Source of the DNA: Malacoraja senta
Lineage: Eukaryota
Direction: 5' to 3'
Assembly (NCBI GenBank): GCA_038087875.1
Contig: CM075990.1
Span: 16,060,001 to 16,124,000, forward strand
DNA: 64,000 bases
Shown here: positions 62,079 to 64,000 of the stretch, one piece after another
Position numbering within the stretch: position 1 is the first letter of the stretch
Layout: each line of letters opens with the position of its first letter
The notes under the pieces: generated by a model
What the model was told of the DNA's origin: nothing
Database searches by the model: none
Seen by the model: only the letters and a program-made list of their open reading frames with translations
Position numbers and translations under genes: made by a program

Positions 62079-63524
62079 CAAAGAAACACTTCACTTCATT
62101 TTACAGCACCCAAGTGTCGAAGGAGCTCTCTCTGTCTCATTACATCCCAAAAAGGCTGCAATTTTTCTGGCTGCTAAACTTGGGAAGACCATCCAGTTGT
62201 GGTGTGGACACCAACTGAATTGCTGACCATCTTGAACACCTGCTCACAGATGCAGAGCAAACGGGACATGCTCAGCAGGCCAGGCAGCATCTGGGTGGAA
62301 GCAGAAGTCAGATGAGATTCAGACCCTTCCTTGGAACCCGAGTTATCATTCCAATTGCTCAAGCGCAGAGCCGTTGGCCATCCCCAGCACTCTTTTGTTT
62401 TCTGTCGTCAGCTAAATCAGGTTTTCAAGGAGCACACATTGCTCTCATTTGTCAACTGTGAAAATAAATATGAAATAGTTGATTATTTATTTAAATCCTA
62501 AAACCAACTATTGTCTTGAGAGTGATTCGGGTTTAGTTTCGTTTTTTGCGTCATATACATCAGGGTGCTGTGAAACCCCTCGTTCACATGAAGCTCGCAG
62601 AGTAAACAGTGTACATAGAGTAACAATAAATACAATAGCCAGTGCAAAACAGCAGAATGGTGCAAGACTGACTTTGGTGCCTTCCCTCACAGTGGGAAAC
62701 TTTTGATCCTGCTGTGTGGGGATGTTTTATGTTTAAATCTATGGTGTGTTGTGTTCTTTATTTCAATGTATGGCTGTATGGTAATCACATTTCACTGTGC
62801 CAACTGGCACATGTGACAAATAAATATATCTTGTATCTTGTTGATTGTAGTGCAGATAAGATAGAATGAATGCATGTAGTTACTTTAGTATTGGGCCTTT
62901 GGGAAATAAAGGACATATTTCCCTTGATTGCGAGATTGATAACTAAAGACATGCATGTAAGTTAACTAGAAGATGGATTATTGGAAGTGCAAAATAAAGA
63001 GAAGAGTGTTGAGGAATTGGAACTAAAAGCAGAATATTGGAAGAAGTCAGCGGATCAAGTTACACATGTCGAGGCAAAAGGACCAAGTCAACATTTCAGG
63101 CTGAGACCCTGTGAGGTTTAGGTTTATTATTGTCACGTGTACCAACGAACAATGAAAAGCTTTGTTGTGCATGCTGTGCAATCAGATCATATAATTGTTA
63201 ATGTAAATATGATCAAGTCAAACTCCAGGACAATAGGTGGATCAAAGGGGAAGGTACAGAGTGCAGAATATAACTCTAAGCATTGTAGCACATCGATCCA
63301 ATGTCCGCTAATGGGGTAGAGGGGAAACGATGCAACAGTTTTGTGGCCACATTCAGATTTAGTTTTTAGGCAAGCTTTAATAACAACAATTAAAGACAAC
63401 ACATTTCAACTTTGAAAGGAGGCACGGCAATCTTGGTTATAATCTATAGACACCTTTTAACTGTTTTTTGATCTTAGATGTAGCTCAGGTGCTTTGAATG
63501 AAACATAGGCGTGGGAATCAATTG

Positions 63525-63908
63525 ACTCTCCTCTGCCATTCAGTAAAGTTATTGTTGGTCTGATTTTGATGCCAATTCCATTTTCCAACCTTTCCCTCAT
63601 AATGCTGACCCCCCCCCCCCCCCTGTAGTCCAAACATCTGTAAATTTCAACCTCGAAGATATTCAATGAGTCAGCTTCCACTGCTCTCTGAGGTAGAGAA
63701 TTCTAAAATTTACAACGAGTGAATAATTTTCTCCTCATCTCATTCTTAAATTTAGTTTAGTTTAGAGATACAGCATGGAAACAGGCCCTTTGGCCCGAGT
63801 CCGCGCACATTAACACTACCCTACACACACTAGGGACAATTTAACATTTCTACCAAGCCAATTAACCTCCAAACCTGTGCGTCTTTGGAGAGTGAGAGGA
63901 AACTGAAG
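63525..63908 (-). mobile_element. Diverged CR1 3' fragment followed by the 3' half of an HE1-like SINE (63751-63908)
   Basis: CR1-like TTCAATGAGTCAGCTTCCACTGCTCTCTG; SINE tail (TTTAG)n AGATACAGC. Confidence 0.7.
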
Positions 63909-64000
63909 ATAGATGGATAAATGGATGATCCTTCCCATAGTTCCATGTGCAAAGGCCACTGCTGATAGATGCTTAGCTTTGAGCTACCAGATATATTCTG

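Noticed and set aside
57783..64000. Further ELOVL6 exons
   Set aside because: No segment encoding the expected continuation (KKSFLFSALY-like) was seen; the intron extends beyond the window

Overview
Vertebrate genomic DNA, most likely a cartilaginous fish (skate/ray/shark), inferred from HE1/V-SINE-like SINEs, CR1 LINEs and DeuSINE relics. The window is mostly intronic or intergenic and dense in transposable elements. Two genes diverge from CpG-island promoters about 25 kb apart. (1) ELOVL6 on the + strand: its first coding exon is 57694-57782 ([30 protein letters not shown], then GTGAGT), behind an SRE/CCAAT-rich promoter. (2) An unidentified - strand gene starting at an NRF1-motif CpG island (~32300-32850), with candidate 5' exons at 32398-~32625, 6781-6877 and 3892-4002; the last carries a strong-context ATG (MAEDCV...). 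The most striking system is a set of Penelope-like retroelements (RT and GIY-YIG remnants at 52560-53590 and 54443-55780). Their terminal repeat carries a minimal hammerhead-ribozyme core (CTGAnGA-A-GGGT[YTCG]RCCC-GAAA-CG-TY). It is scattered as roughly 20 short solo or fold-back copies, several with 13-14 bp target-site duplications. Two young fold-back copies flank the ELOVL6 first exon. Also present: non-autonomous DNA transposons (a 3.8-kb TAG-terminated Academ-like element carrying a CTCF motif, plus Tc/mariner-, Harbinger- and hAT-like elements), Tx1- and Rex1-like relics, and long microsatellites. Repeat boundaries were read by eye and are approximate unless a TSD or TIR is quoted.
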